From Candidatus Woesebacteria bacterium (GTDB lineage Bacteria; Patescibacteriota; Microgenomatia; UBA8517): a stretch of DNA of 64,000 bases. The notes under the pieces are model-generated. The model saw only the letters and a program-made list of their open reading frames with translations, did not search any database and was not told where the DNA came from. The stretch is taken from contig JAGUYM010000011.1 in the NCBI GenBank assembly GCA_020061305.1, forward strand, positions 2,996 through 66,995. The letters are read 5' to 3'. Position 1 is the first letter of the stretch. Each line of letters opens with the position of its first letter. Shown here in pieces: positions 21,435 to 31,243 of this stretch. The translations under genes and the position numbers were made by a program.

Positions 21435-22471
21435 TGTTTATCTCGCTTTGCGGAAAAATTTGCTTCTACTTTTAAAAAGTGTTTAAACATTTCACTAAAA
21501 TTAAATGCCTTCATTACTTTTTCAAAAATCTGATCGTCACTAACAACTCTATATTCTTGTATTTTTTTTCTTTTTTTATTTAACTTACCAACATTTTTTA
21601 CATTCCAATCAATGGCATTGATTATCATCGAAAATTTTTTAAACTGCAATCGTAATAAATAATAAATAGATAAACATTGCAAAATTAATATATGAGGTAT
21701 CAGAATTATAAATAAATTTTTTGTTTCTAAATTTTTATATAAGCTAGATATCCTATTTTTAAATGAATTGTAATTTACTGTTTCAGGGCTTAATTTACCA
21801 TAACTATATCCAACTTTATGATAAATGAATGTCGTTGGTAAATAATAGACCTTGTAACCTACAAGCCACACTCTAAAGCAAAAATCAGACTCCTCCATGT
21901 AACTTATAAAGTCATCATCAAATAATCCTATTTTGTCTGTTATCTTTTTTCTGGTCATTAAGCATGCCCCTTTTGCCGAAAAGATTATTTTTTCTTTGTC
22001 GTACTCTTTAGAATCTTTCTTATCAAATCCCCAATGTATCAGAAAGCCGCTTTTAGTTATAAAGGATCCGGCATTATCGAGAATATTTGGGCTATCCATC
22101 ATTTTAATTTTGGGTTGAATAACACCAATCGATTTGTCACTTTCCATTTTCTTAACCAACTCTGCTAATAAATTTTTACTTACTTTAGTATCATTATTTA
22201 AAAGTAAAATATATTTACCCGTCGCGTGCCTTAATCCTTCATTATTTGAGCCAACAAAGCCTAAGTTTTTTTTGGTTTTAAAACCAAACAATTTTAAACC
22301 ACCTTTATTTTTAATTGCTTTGTCAAAACTATTATCGGTTGAGCAATCATCAACAAGTACAACCTCAAAGTTTGGGTAATCAAGTTTTTTTAACGATTCA
22401 ATGCAGTCAATTAAAACCCGTCCTCCATTATAATTTGTAATAATTATTGATACTTTTGGATACTTTATCAT
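21431..22471 (-). CDS. GT2 family glycosyltransferase
   Basis: VSIIITNYNGGRVLIDCIESL...VVLVDDCSTDNS...ILLLNNDTKV. Confidence 0.7.
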   Translation of the reverse strand: MIKYPKVSIIITNYNGGRVLIDCIESLKKLDYPNFEVVLVDDCSTDNSFDKAIKNKGGLKLFGFKTKKNLGFVGSNNEGLRHATGKYILLLNNDTKVSKNLLAELVKKMESDKSIGVIQPKIKMMDSPNILDNAGSFITKSGFLIHWGFDKKDSKEYDKEKIIFSAKGACLMTRKKITDKIGLFDDDFISYMEESDFCFRVWLVGYKVYYLPTTFIYHKVGYSYGKLSPETVNYNSFKNRISSLYKNLETKNLFIILIPHILILQCLSIYYLLRLQFKKFSMIINAIDWNVKNVGKLNKKRKKIQEYRVVSDDQIFEKVMKAFNFSEMFKHFLKVEANFSAKRDKQ

Positions 22472-23343
22472 TTAAATAAATTAAATGCTGTACTAATAAA
22501 TTTTTTTAAGCCCACCTTATTTATAAATCCCAAAACTGCAGAGATTGTTTCAAGTGTTCTAACAAATAAAAAGGCTAATCCCAAAAGCGGACTTGATAGA
22601 AACTTCCTCCAATTTTTTAAATATACTCTTCTAAATAAAATTGTCCCCTGAGTTTTAATCAGTTCTGGGTGTTTTTCGGCATATATCGCTCCTTGACCTG
22701 AGTAATAATATTTTTTCTTTAATAAACTTGAAAGTGTTACATTTTCCTCGTGATGATAGATATATTGATTAATACGCGAGGCTATATATTTTTTACTAAT
22801 TCTAAATGGTAAATCGTAGTCTTCGGGTCCGGTCAATTTTGTATCATAGCCTCCAAATTCAAAAAAAACTTTTCGATCAAAGAACCTTGGAACTTCATAT
22901 TTAGGGTCTTCCATATACATTTCACGCTCAAATTTTCTAACTTTAGAAACCCAACTATTTCCAACTGTAGTTTCTGCAATAGTTATCATCTTTGCCTTTG
23001 ATGAAAGTATCTGCCTAACACAATTTTTCAAAACTGATCTAGAAAGCTCCATGTCTGCATCCAAAAATAATAAATATTGTCCGACAGACTTATTGGCGCC
23101 AAAATTGCGTTGTGCGCTTCTTTCCGGACCTTTAGTATAAATTTTTACCCTAAAATTTTTAGCAATCTGCAATGTTTTGTCTGTCGATTTATTGTCAACA
23201 AGTATGACCTCGTAGTTATGATAAGTTTGATTAAATATACTTTTTAGAAGCCTGCCAATCACCTTCTCCTCATTTTTCGTAGTTATAATCACCGATACCT
23301 TAGGCCAATTGTTTTTTTGCATACTATTGTCAAATGATAGCAC
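22468..23343 (-). CDS. GT2 family glycosyltransferase
   Basis: VSVIITTKNEEKVI...VILVDNKSTDKT...YLLFLDADMEL. Confidence 0.7.
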   Translation of the reverse strand: MLSFDNSMQKNNWPKVSVIITTKNEEKVIGRLLKSIFNQTYHNYEVILVDNKSTDKTLQIAKNFRVKIYTKGPERSAQRNFGANKSVGQYLLFLDADMELSRSVLKNCVRQILSSKAKMITIAETTVGNSWVSKVRKFEREMYMEDPKYEVPRFFDRKVFFEFGGYDTKLTGPEDYDLPFRISKKYIASRINQYIYHHEENVTLSSLLKKKYYYSGQGAIYAEKHPELIKTQGTILFRRVYLKNWRKFLSSPLLGLAFLFVRTLETISAVLGFINKVGLKKFISTAFNLFK

Positions 23344-23843
23344 AAATCGTATACTACTACTGCATGAAGATATTATTTTTAAGTTTAATTATCTTTGTTT
23401 TTAGTATTTCTCAGATCTATGCAAAAACTCCAGAAGAGTATCATTTGACTTATCAAAAAACTCTCCCCAGCTCCCCTTCATACTCTTTTAAAAGATTCAA
23501 AGAAAAAGGATTGATGATGTTAAAAATTACTCATAAATCTAAATATAAATATTCAGAGGTGTTACTTGAAAAAAGACTTTCTGAGCTAGTATCGTTGGTT
23601 GATGTTAAAGATCCAAATCTGGTTACAGGTGCTTCCCAGCGTTTTTCATACCAAGCAGGTATACTTGCTGATCTAAATTCAAAATTAAAAATTAGCAACA
23701 AAGAAAATATTAAAAACAGATTTGAAGATTATAAAAAGATTCTTTCAGAACTTCGTGATAACTATCCAGCCAATTCAGCCTACTGGCTACTAATTCAACA
23801 AAATATTGATACTCTTAATATTCTTTTTGACAAAATGAAATAA
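23334..23843 (+). CDS. Small secreted protein of unknown function
   Basis: It has an N-terminal signal-peptide-like segment MKILFLSLIIFVFSISQIYA (the real start is probably this internal Met). The remainder is hydrophilic and helical. Confidence 0.4.
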   Translation: MIAQIVYYYCMKILFLSLIIFVFSISQIYAKTPEEYHLTYQKTLPSSPSYSFKRFKEKGLMMLKITHKSKYKYSEVLLEKRLSELVSLVDVKDPNLVTGASQRFSYQAGILADLNSKLKISNKENIKNRFEDYKKILSELRDNYPANSAYWLLIQQNIDTLNILFDKMK

Positions 23844-23845
23844 AT

Positions 23846-24793
23846 ATGAGAACCCCTAAAATTTCATTAGTGATCCCAGCTAAAAATGAAGAAGACACAA
23901 TTAACCTGATCTACAAGAGAATCGATGCTGTCATGAAAAAAATAAAGAAAAGTTATGAAATTATCTATATAGATGATGGCTCAACTGACACTACCTATCA
24001 AAAGATGAGAGAACTAAATAGCAAGTATCCAAAAAAAATTGCCGTAGTTAAACATCGTGGTAATTGGGGAAAATCAATAGCATTACAATCTGGATTCAAA
24101 CTTGTCAGAGGTGAAATCACTATTACCATGGATGCAGATCTCCAAGACATCCCTGAGGAAATTCCAAATTTCATTAAAAAAATTGAGGAAGGATTCGACT
24201 TGGTTTCTGGTTGGAAAAAAATTAGACATGATCCAATTTCAAAGACATTTCCCTCCAAAATTGGCAATTGGTTAGCATCATCTTTAACTGGTGTTAAACT
24301 TCACGACTTTAACTGTGGTTTTAAGGCTTACAGATCACAAGTTGTTAAAAATTTAAATCTATATGGCGAGCTATATAAATTTATTCCAATTATTGCCGCA
24401 AAGAAAAATTATAAGTTAACTGAGATTGTTGTTAAACACAAAAAACGAGAGTTTGGTAAAAGTAAATTTGGCTGGGAAAGAAATGCAAAAGGATTTTTAG
24501 ATATTATGACAATCTTTTTCATAACTGGATACATTAAAAAACCGGGCCATTTTTTTGGAACTTTGGGACTTCTATCATTTTTATTTGGTTTTATTGTCGG
24601 ACTCTATATAACATACCTCAGAATAACCACGGGTGGAATAAATTACAGATACCCACTTCTGTTTTTAGGAATACTTGCGATGATAATTGGTATTCAACTA
24701 GTTACAACAGGACTCCTAGCAGAACTGTTTGTCTACTACATGTCTCCAAGAGATAAAGGTGATGACAAAATCGAAGAAACCTTAACTATTTAA
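23846..24793 (+). CDS. Polyprenol-phosphate glycosyltransferase, GtrB/DPM1-like GT2 with C-terminal TM helices
   Basis: ISLVIPAKNEEDTI...IIYIDDGSTDTT...ITITMDADLQDIPEE, plus two C-terminal TM helices. Confidence 0.75.
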   Translation: MRTPKISLVIPAKNEEDTINLIYKRIDAVMKKIKKSYEIIYIDDGSTDTTYQKMRELNSKYPKKIAVVKHRGNWGKSIALQSGFKLVRGEITITMDADLQDIPEEIPNFIKKIEEGFDLVSGWKKIRHDPISKTFPSKIGNWLASSLTGVKLHDFNCGFKAYRSQVVKNLNLYGELYKFIPIIAAKKNYKLTEIVVKHKKREFGKSKFGWERNAKGFLDIMTIFFITGYIKKPGHFFGTLGLLSFLFGFIVGLYITYLRITTGGINYRYPLLFLGILAMIIGIQLVTTGLLAELFVYYMSPRDKGDDKIEETLTI

Positions 24794-26840
24794 AAACGAA
24801 TACTTTATAGGTTTGAATATTCGTTAAACAGGTGTCAATTGGATCTAATACTAATTTTATATATCTAGCCTCTTGACCAACAAAAGGCTCAACAAATTTA
24901 CCATTTTTAGGCTGTTCCCCCGCAGTCGCCACTCTCCAATCATCAGGTAAGTATCCACCTACTAATTCCCAATTGTTTGCATCTTTTGATATATAAACCA
25001 TACCTAATGATAAAGGTTTACACTTAATATCATTATATTTAACTTCAAGCTTTGATAATTTTTTGATTGAATTTAAATCAAAAATTAAGTTATTCTTATC
25101 TTTTTTGTAAGTTACATTTGAATAAACTTCTGAATTAAATGTTGGTTTTAAATATTCTTTATCATTTTTCCAAATTTTAAGTATTGCTACACCATCAACT
25201 TTGATTTCATAAACAGGATCAACAAAATTTTCTAAAAATTCATCATAGTATGACCGCTCAGCTGACCCATCGTATGTCAATCCCATTGCATACTCACCTT
25301 GTTGCAAGTATCCGCTTCTATGACCGTTATATAAATTCAAATCCTGTCTAAGCCAAATTCTTGGTAGGTTTGGTATTAAATCATAGGTGTATGCAATTTT
25401 TGCACCTTCTGGAGCATTTTCATTTAACCATTTTGCAGCTTGTCTATATGGTGAACCAAAACTAAAGCCCCAATATTTGATATCTTTTTCCTTAGCCCCA
25501 CTTAAACCACCGATTAAGTTGTTAAAATAGACATTTTCATTCGGGTGGATAGAAACTATTTTGAGAAAAATCGGTATAAATATTAAAAATGAGAGAATGA
25601 TTGCAAATTTCGAACTCAATTTGCTTGTAATTTTTGAAAAACCATATGCTGAAACTAAGGCTATTGCAGGAATAAATTCCATAATTTGCCTAACCCCTCC
25701 ATAAATACTTGAGCCGGGGATCATCACTCGCACGATTGGAATAAATAGCCATAAAATAAAGAGTATTGTTGTATAATCTTTATCTTTTTTGAAACTAAAA
25801 ACATAAAGAAATAGACCTAATGTAGTTAGGATTAATGTTACAATTGGTGTTGTAAATAATATCCATTTTAAGGCAAACATATTTAAACCAAATAGTGAAT
25901 AACTAACAACTTTAGTTGTCCCAATTGTTTGATAAAAACCAAGCATCTTAAAAAATCCTCTTAATGGATCTTGCCATAAATATGGCCAAAAAGCGTAAAT
26001 TATTGCTAATCCAATAACAGGAATTAGAATTAGAGAAATAATTATTTTTTTCTCTTTTAGGTAAAACCTAATATTTGAAACAAGACCTTTGTTACTAAAC
26101 AAATAGATTACAAACCAAGGAATAATTACTAAACTTGCAAATATAATATTAAGTTTTGTTCCAAGTGCTAGTCCAAAAAAAACACCAGTTGCTATTATCC
26201 ACTTCCAATTTTTTGTGGTAATTCCTTTCCAAAATGAATACATAAAGAATGTCCAAAAAGCAGTCTGTGGTACATCTTTTTCTGTATTGAAGTGGCTCTC
26301 CGCCCAATAAAGTGGGTAAAGTGATATGGCAAGAACTGCAACTAAACCAGACGCTATACCATAGAGTTTACTAACCCAATAGAAAATTAAGCCTACTGTT
26401 AATGAAGCTAGCAATATTCCATAAATCCGATATGAATCAATATCATTAATTAAACCCAGTCTTCGAAAGAAAATTTCATTAGAGAGTGCCGCCATGATGT
26501 CACTTAATGGAGGATGGCCATCGCCATCTTTTTCCATAAAATATTTAAAATCCATATCCTCAACTTGATACATACTTCTCTGAAAAAAGTTATTGTTTGG
26601 AAGATCTGTTTTTATAGTTAAATAATTAGGATCTTGAAAATACCATTGGCCCTTTTGTTGCCAACCATTAAAATGAAGTGGCAAATCAGAGTAGTCTTTG
26701 TTGCCGGTTAAAAAATAATGTAAATAGGCTTGCCCTCTTGGAAGATGATTGATAGTATCCCAATTGATTCCATAATTTTTTAGAGTAAAAAGAGAGATAA
26801 TAAAAAACACAAAACCTACCAATATTGCTGTTTTTTTCAT
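24786..26840 (-). CDS. GT-C-like polytopic membrane glycosyltransferase with a C-terminal beta-rich domain
   Basis: 684 aa. The N-terminal roughly 450 aa are multi-TM. The C-terminal roughly 200 aa are hydrophilic and rich in W/Y/G, ending ...ARYIKLVLDPIDTCLTNIQTYKVFVFK. This is plausibly a carbohydrate-binding domain. Confidence 0.45.
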   Translation of the reverse strand: MKKTAILVGFVFFIISLFTLKNYGINWDTINHLPRGQAYLHYFLTGNKDYSDLPLHFNGWQQKGQWYFQDPNYLTIKTDLPNNNFFQRSMYQVEDMDFKYFMEKDGDGHPPLSDIMAALSNEIFFRRLGLINDIDSYRIYGILLASLTVGLIFYWVSKLYGIASGLVAVLAISLYPLYWAESHFNTEKDVPQTAFWTFFMYSFWKGITTKNWKWIIATGVFFGLALGTKLNIIFASLVIIPWFVIYLFSNKGLVSNIRFYLKEKKIIISLILIPVIGLAIIYAFWPYLWQDPLRGFFKMLGFYQTIGTTKVVSYSLFGLNMFALKWILFTTPIVTLILTTLGLFLYVFSFKKDKDYTTILFILWLFIPIVRVMIPGSSIYGGVRQIMEFIPAIALVSAYGFSKITSKLSSKFAIILSFLIFIPIFLKIVSIHPNENVYFNNLIGGLSGAKEKDIKYWGFSFGSPYRQAAKWLNENAPEGAKIAYTYDLIPNLPRIWLRQDLNLYNGHRSGYLQQGEYAMGLTYDGSAERSYYDEFLENFVDPVYEIKVDGVAILKIWKNDKEYLKPTFNSEVYSNVTYKKDKNNLIFDLNSIKKLSKLEVKYNDIKCKPLSLGMVYISKDANNWELVGGYLPDDWRVATAGEQPKNGKFVEPFVGQEARYIKLVLDPIDTCLTNIQTYKVFVFK
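24795..24825 (-). terminator. Candidate intrinsic terminator hairpin at a convergent gene junction
   Basis: An 8-bp stem AACGAATA / TATTCGTT with a 15-nt loop. On the minus strand it is followed by the T-run TTTTTAAATAG, which overlaps the last codons and stop of 24786..26840. The stem is weak and AT-rich. Confidence 0.25.
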
Positions 26841-27883
26841 GATATCTGGTTTAAGAATTTACGAACTGACGATTCGAGGCCGTAATCATTAACAGCTAAT
26901 TTAAATTTACCCTTCAATCTATATTGTTTATATTTAAAATTGTTAATTTTTTTGATTATTTGATTAACATCGCCTGGTTTAAATGTTTCTCCGATTTTAT
27001 ATTTTGTTAAAACATACTTGCAATCCCCAACATCACTAGCCAAAACAGGTAATTTGTAATTTGCAGCTTCCAATATAACTAAAGGCAAACTCTCATTCCT
27101 TGATGGGATAATCAAAAAGTCAGACGCTTTCATGTAAGAAGTCATTTCATACAAATCAAGATAGCCTAAAAAGTTGACATTACTACTCCTATTTTTTTCC
27201 AAATTATTTCGCATTGTTCCATCCCCAACGACATTAATTACAAATTTACTATTTACTTTCTTGGCTGCCTCAACTAGTAAATCTGGACCTTTTACTTTTT
27301 CAAGCCTCCCTACAAAAAGTATATTGACCTTTTTATTATTTAATTTAATTTTTTTTGTAGTATTGATTACATCTTTAAGTTTTGTTGATGCGGGCAACAT
27401 TAAACACTTTTTATATTTATGAGAGGCGATTTTTGCCAAAGCGTAACTATTTGCAAAAAGATGATCGGCCCTTATTGATATAAAATGTATAATTGTACTT
27501 AAAATTGGAATCTTTGAATATATATTTAAATCCGATCCTAAGTACCAAACTCCATATGAAGTCCCATGCTTAAACTTTGAAACTAAACCATAAATTCCTG
27601 ATGGTATGGCCCAAGCACAAAGTATGTAATCAATTTTATTTTTTTCAACAAATTTCAGCGACTCTCTAATGCCAAAAAAAACATTTTTGAAGAAATTGAC
27701 TGCGCTTAATGGATTAAAAATTGACCAATTGCTAAATTTTTTGTCATTTCCATAATCTGGACAAAATATAAAAACTTGATGATGCTTTTTCAATTCGTTA
27801 GCAAAATCATGAACAAAAATCCCGGCATCTTTTCTATCCTTTTTATATTTTGGATAATTGTGGGTAAAAATTGCAATATTCAT
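26837..27883 (-). CDS. GT4 family (GT-B, retaining) glycosyltransferase
   Basis: C-terminal E-x7-E region VILEAANYKLPVLASDVGDC, as in group-1 glycosyltransferases. Confidence 0.65.
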   Translation of the reverse strand: MNIAIFTHNYPKYKKDRKDAGIFVHDFANELKKHHQVFIFCPDYGNDKKFSNWSIFNPLSAVNFFKNVFFGIRESLKFVEKNKIDYILCAWAIPSGIYGLVSKFKHGTSYGVWYLGSDLNIYSKIPILSTIIHFISIRADHLFANSYALAKIASHKYKKCLMLPASTKLKDVINTTKKIKLNNKKVNILFVGRLEKVKGPDLLVEAAKKVNSKFVINVVGDGTMRNNLEKNRSSNVNFLGYLDLYEMTSYMKASDFLIIPSRNESLPLVILEAANYKLPVLASDVGDCKYVLTKYKIGETFKPGDVNQIIKKINNFKYKQYRLKGKFKLAVNDYGLESSVRKFLNQIS

Positions 27884-27905
27884 ATAGTATAATTGTACTA
27901 CTTAT

Positions 27906-28628
27906 ATGTATCAAAATGAATACGCCTCAACCAGGCCTCAAATGTATGACAAAAAATCTAGAAAACTTAAGGCTTTAAACATTAAAAATATTTTGACAAA
28001 TTATTATGGTAAAGAGAAACTAAAGAAATTATCTGTTTTAGATGTAGGCGCATCTAGCGGAATAATTGATTTTTACATATCAAAATATGTGGGAATGCTA
28101 ACTGGAATTGATATTGATAATGGAGCAATTAGTTACGCAAAAAAGAAATTTATAAGAAAAAATTTACTATTTAAAAAAGGTGATGCCTTAAAATTAAGTT
28201 TCAAAAACAACAGATTTGATATTGTAATATGTACCCATGTATATGAGCATGTTGAAAAACCCAATAAATTGTTTCGTGAAATTCACAGAGTTTTAAAACC
28301 TGGTGGAATTTGCTATTTGGCTGCTGTAAACGCATTGTGGCCGATTGAACCTCACTACTATTTACCATTCTTATCATACCTACCCAAGAAGATTGCGAAT
28401 TTTTATTTAAGAATTTTTACTGGTAAGAAATATTATTATGAAACATTATTTACTTACTGGAGATTAAAAAGTCTCGTTACAAAAAATAATTTTTCAATTA
28501 GAGACTATACACCGATGGTTTTATCTGAACCAAAAAAATTGGGATTTAAACATAAAAAAATTAATAAAACTATTGCCAATTTACTTAAATATTTTACACC
28601 TACCTTTTTTTGGATATTAAAAAAATGA
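27906..28628 (+). CDS. Class I SAM-dependent methyltransferase
   Basis: Motif I VLDVGASSGIIDFY, acidic GIDID, and LKPGGICYLAAVN. Confidence 0.7.
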   Translation: MYQNEYASTRPQMYDKKSRKLKALNIKNILTNYYGKEKLKKLSVLDVGASSGIIDFYISKYVGMLTGIDIDNGAISYAKKKFIRKNLLFKKGDALKLSFKNNRFDIVICTHVYEHVEKPNKLFREIHRVLKPGGICYLAAVNALWPIEPHYYLPFLSYLPKKIANFYLRIFTGKKYYYETLFTYWRLKSLVTKNNFSIRDYTPMVLSEPKKLGFKHKKINKTIANLLKYFTPTFFWILKK

Positions 28629-29392
28629 ACAAGGGAATTTTTTGTATATCAATAGATTTTGAATTACTTTGGGGCAGGCGTGACATGCCAAATTTAGACT
28701 ATTTTAAGAAAAGAATACCTGAAGAAAGAAAGGCCATAGACAAACTACTTAAACTTTTTAAGAAATACAATATCCCCACTACTTGGGCAACGGTCGGAAA
28801 AATATTCGAAAAGGGTAACCCAAACTATTCGGGATTAGATATAATAAAAAAAATTGAAAAAGTTAAAAATCAAGAAATAGGAAGTCATTCTTATACCCAT
28901 CCCGAATTTACAAAGATTTCTAAAGAGAAAGCGATTTTAGAATTTAATAATTTTAAGAAAAAAAGCTTTGTCTTTCCAAGAAATAAAATTAGATATTTGG
29001 CCGAATTAAAAAAAACGGGATTTAAATGCTACAGAGGAAAGGATAGAAATGAATATGAGCTTTTGATGCCTAGAATTCCACCAGTTTACGAACCGAAAAT
29101 GAATTCTGGATTATTAAATATCAATGGATCCATGTACTTTGTTTCTGGAAGAGGTTTAAAGCAATTCATTCCAAAAAATGTTAGATATTTAAAATCTATT
29201 ATGGGTATTAACAACGCGATAAAACAAAAAAAGATTTTTCACCTTTGGTTTCACCCAATTGACTTTGTAGATGACAAAAAAAAGTTATTTTCTGATTTCG
29301 AAAAAATATTAAAATTTGCAGACGAAAAGCGTCAATTGGGACAACTAAAAATATTAAACATGGGGCAAATTTCAAGGGTAGCTAAAAAATAA
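28610..29392 (+). CDS. Polysaccharide deacetylase-like (CE4-like) protein, putative
   Basis: CISIDFELLWG near the N-terminus and a histidine motif IGSHSYTHPEF that resembles the NodB H-S/T-x-x-H motif. I recognised it only weakly. Confidence 0.45.
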   Translation: MDIKKMNKGIFCISIDFELLWGRRDMPNLDYFKKRIPEERKAIDKLLKLFKKYNIPTTWATVGKIFEKGNPNYSGLDIIKKIEKVKNQEIGSHSYTHPEFTKISKEKAILEFNNFKKKSFVFPRNKIRYLAELKKTGFKCYRGKDRNEYELLMPRIPPVYEPKMNSGLLNINGSMYFVSGRGLKQFIPKNVRYLKSIMGINNAIKQKKIFHLWFHPIDFVDDKKKLFSDFEKILKFADEKRQLGQLKILNMGQISRVAKK

Positions 29393-30117
29393 TGAAAAAT
29401 CTCTGGAACATATTTACTGATAAATTGGGATTAACAGTTCTCCACCCTCAGTATTATATGAATAAATATAACAGGTTTGCAATTAAACAAATTAAAAATT
29501 TTTCAAAAGATAAAACTATTGTTGATTTCGGTTGTGGAAGGATGAGTTACAAAAAATATCTTCTTGAAACCTGCAAATCATACTTCGGGATTGATCATCC
29601 AACAGAAAGCAAAAATTACATATCTAATGAAAAACCCGATCTACTTACACACTTTGAGAAGACGAAATTAAAAAATAATAGCTATAATACTGCGATGATG
29701 TTAGAGGTTTTAGAATATCTGGAGAGACCATCAACCCCAGAGGAAGTTTTAAAAGAAATACACAGGATATTAAAAAAGAACGGTAAAATCTTTCTAACAT
29801 CTCCTTTCATGTATCCAATTCATGACAGGAAAATTGATAGGAATAGGTTTACGGCCCAAAAAATAAATAACTTACTAAAAGATGCAGGGTTTAAAAAAAT
29901 CAAAGTAGCCCAGCAAGGAAATTTTTATGTCTTTGTGACCACTTCAGTACTAGTCTATATGTTTAAGAAAATTAACAATTTAAATAAAATGTATCAGTTA
30001 TTTTTAATACCGGCTGGACTTTTATTATCACTAATTTTAAATATTTTAACTTTATTTTTTGAGAATAATAATGACGACGACTTTCCAATAAATATATTAG
30101 CTATTGCAGAAAAATAA
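29392..30117 (+). CDS. Class I SAM-dependent methyltransferase with a C-terminal hydrophobic tail
   Basis: Motif I IVDFGCGRMSY, followed by LKKNGKIFLTSP. The C-terminus LFLIPAGLLLSLILNILTLFF is TM-like. Confidence 0.6.
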   Translation: MKNLWNIFTDKLGLTVLHPQYYMNKYNRFAIKQIKNFSKDKTIVDFGCGRMSYKKYLLETCKSYFGIDHPTESKNYISNEKPDLLTHFEKTKLKNNSYNTAMMLEVLEYLERPSTPEEVLKEIHRILKKNGKIFLTSPFMYPIHDRKIDRNRFTAQKINNLLKDAGFKKIKVAQQGNFYVFVTTSVLVYMFKKINNLNKMYQLFLIPAGLLLSLILNILTLFFENNNDDDFPINILAIAEK

Positions 30118-30118
30118 T

Positions 30119-31243
30119 TTACTTCAGAATTCTTTGAATCAATCTTTCACTCATCTGAGAAGATTTTTTGTAGCTAAATTGTAAAGCCCATTTTTTGGCA
30201 CTTTCAGACAACTTGTTATATTTATTTTTATCATTTACAAGTTTCATAACTTCATTTGCAAGTTCTTCAGGTTTACTTTCTCTGGTTAATATTCCACTAT
30301 AATTGTCTTTGACAGAGTCAACCAACCCTGGTGATGGATAAGCAATTACAGGGGTACCTACTGCATTGGCTTCAATATTGACCAAGCACCACCCTTCCCT
30401 AATTGAAGGATTTATTAATACAAAAGATTTGGAAAATATTTCAAACTTTTGAGGATCACTAGGGTTAGTTACAAACTCAATCTTTTCTCCAAGACCTGAC
30501 CTTTTTACTTCAGATCTCACAGTTTGAAAGTATTCCTCTGTTTCAATCCTACCAGCAATATAAAACTTAAAACTCCCTTGTTTATTTAATATAGCAAATG
30601 TTTTTACAGCATCCATTACTCCCTTATCAACCGTCATTCTGCCAAAAAATGTAATAATTTTTGGATTAGTTGCTTTACGATTTGGAATCGTTTTAGGCAA
30701 AACTACTCCATGGGGAACGATAGTAATATTTTTATTTGTAATTCCAAATTTTATTAAATCTAACTTTGCAGAGGCAGAACCTACCATAAAGTGTGTATTT
30801 TTGTAAAAGAGAAAAACAATTGGTTCCGTAATAAAACCAATAAGTCCAATTATTAAATTTAAAGGAAATTTAAGCGGATTTTTGAACCAAACTTCTTTGG
30901 CCACTTCTTGAAGAACTGCAAGTTTTGGCTTATTTACATAAAGTGGGGTAAAAAATGGAATTCCATGAAATTGGTCTACAACAAAATCTATGTTATTTTT
31001 ATTTTTAAGATAGAATAAAAATCCTGCTATCTGAACTCCGATATATTGGAAACTTTTTCTTATTATTCTTACACCATCAAGATATTCCTCATTTTTTAAA
31101 CCAATGACCCTAGACGCAAAAAGACTAACCGAATGACCAGCTTGTACCCAACCCTTCATGTGTTCATGCATAGACTGTTCTGCACCTCCAGCTAAAGGAT
31201 GTTTAGGATCTCTCCAAGAGAAAACAAGTATATTCATATCCAA
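30119..31243 (-). CDS. GT4 family glycosyltransferase
   Basis: The segment EGWCLVNIEANAVGTPVIAYPSPG shows the E-x7-E signature. Confidence 0.65.
   Translation of the reverse strand: MDMNILVFSWRDPKHPLAGGAEQSMHEHMKGWVQAGHSVSLFASRVIGLKNEEYLDGVRIIRKSFQYIGVQIAGFLFYLKNKNNIDFVVDQFHGIPFFTPLYVNKPKLAVLQEVAKEVWFKNPLKFPLNLIIGLIGFITEPIVFLFYKNTHFMVGSASAKLDLIKFGITNKNITIVPHGVVLPKTIPNRKATNPKIITFFGRMTVDKGVMDAVKTFAILNKQGSFKFYIAGRIETEEYFQTVRSEVKRSGLGEKIEFVTNPSDPQKFEIFSKSFVLINPSIREGWCLVNIEANAVGTPVIAYPSPGLVDSVKDNYSGILTRESKPEELANEVMKLVNDKNKYNKLSESAKKWALQFSYKKSSQMSERLIQRILK

Noticed and set aside
23334-23843. Secreted 169-aa protein as a glycan-island toxin or immunity candidate
   Set aside because: There are no motifs and no partner gene. 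It is flanked by divergent glycosyltransferase genes. It is better left as a hypothetical secreted protein.
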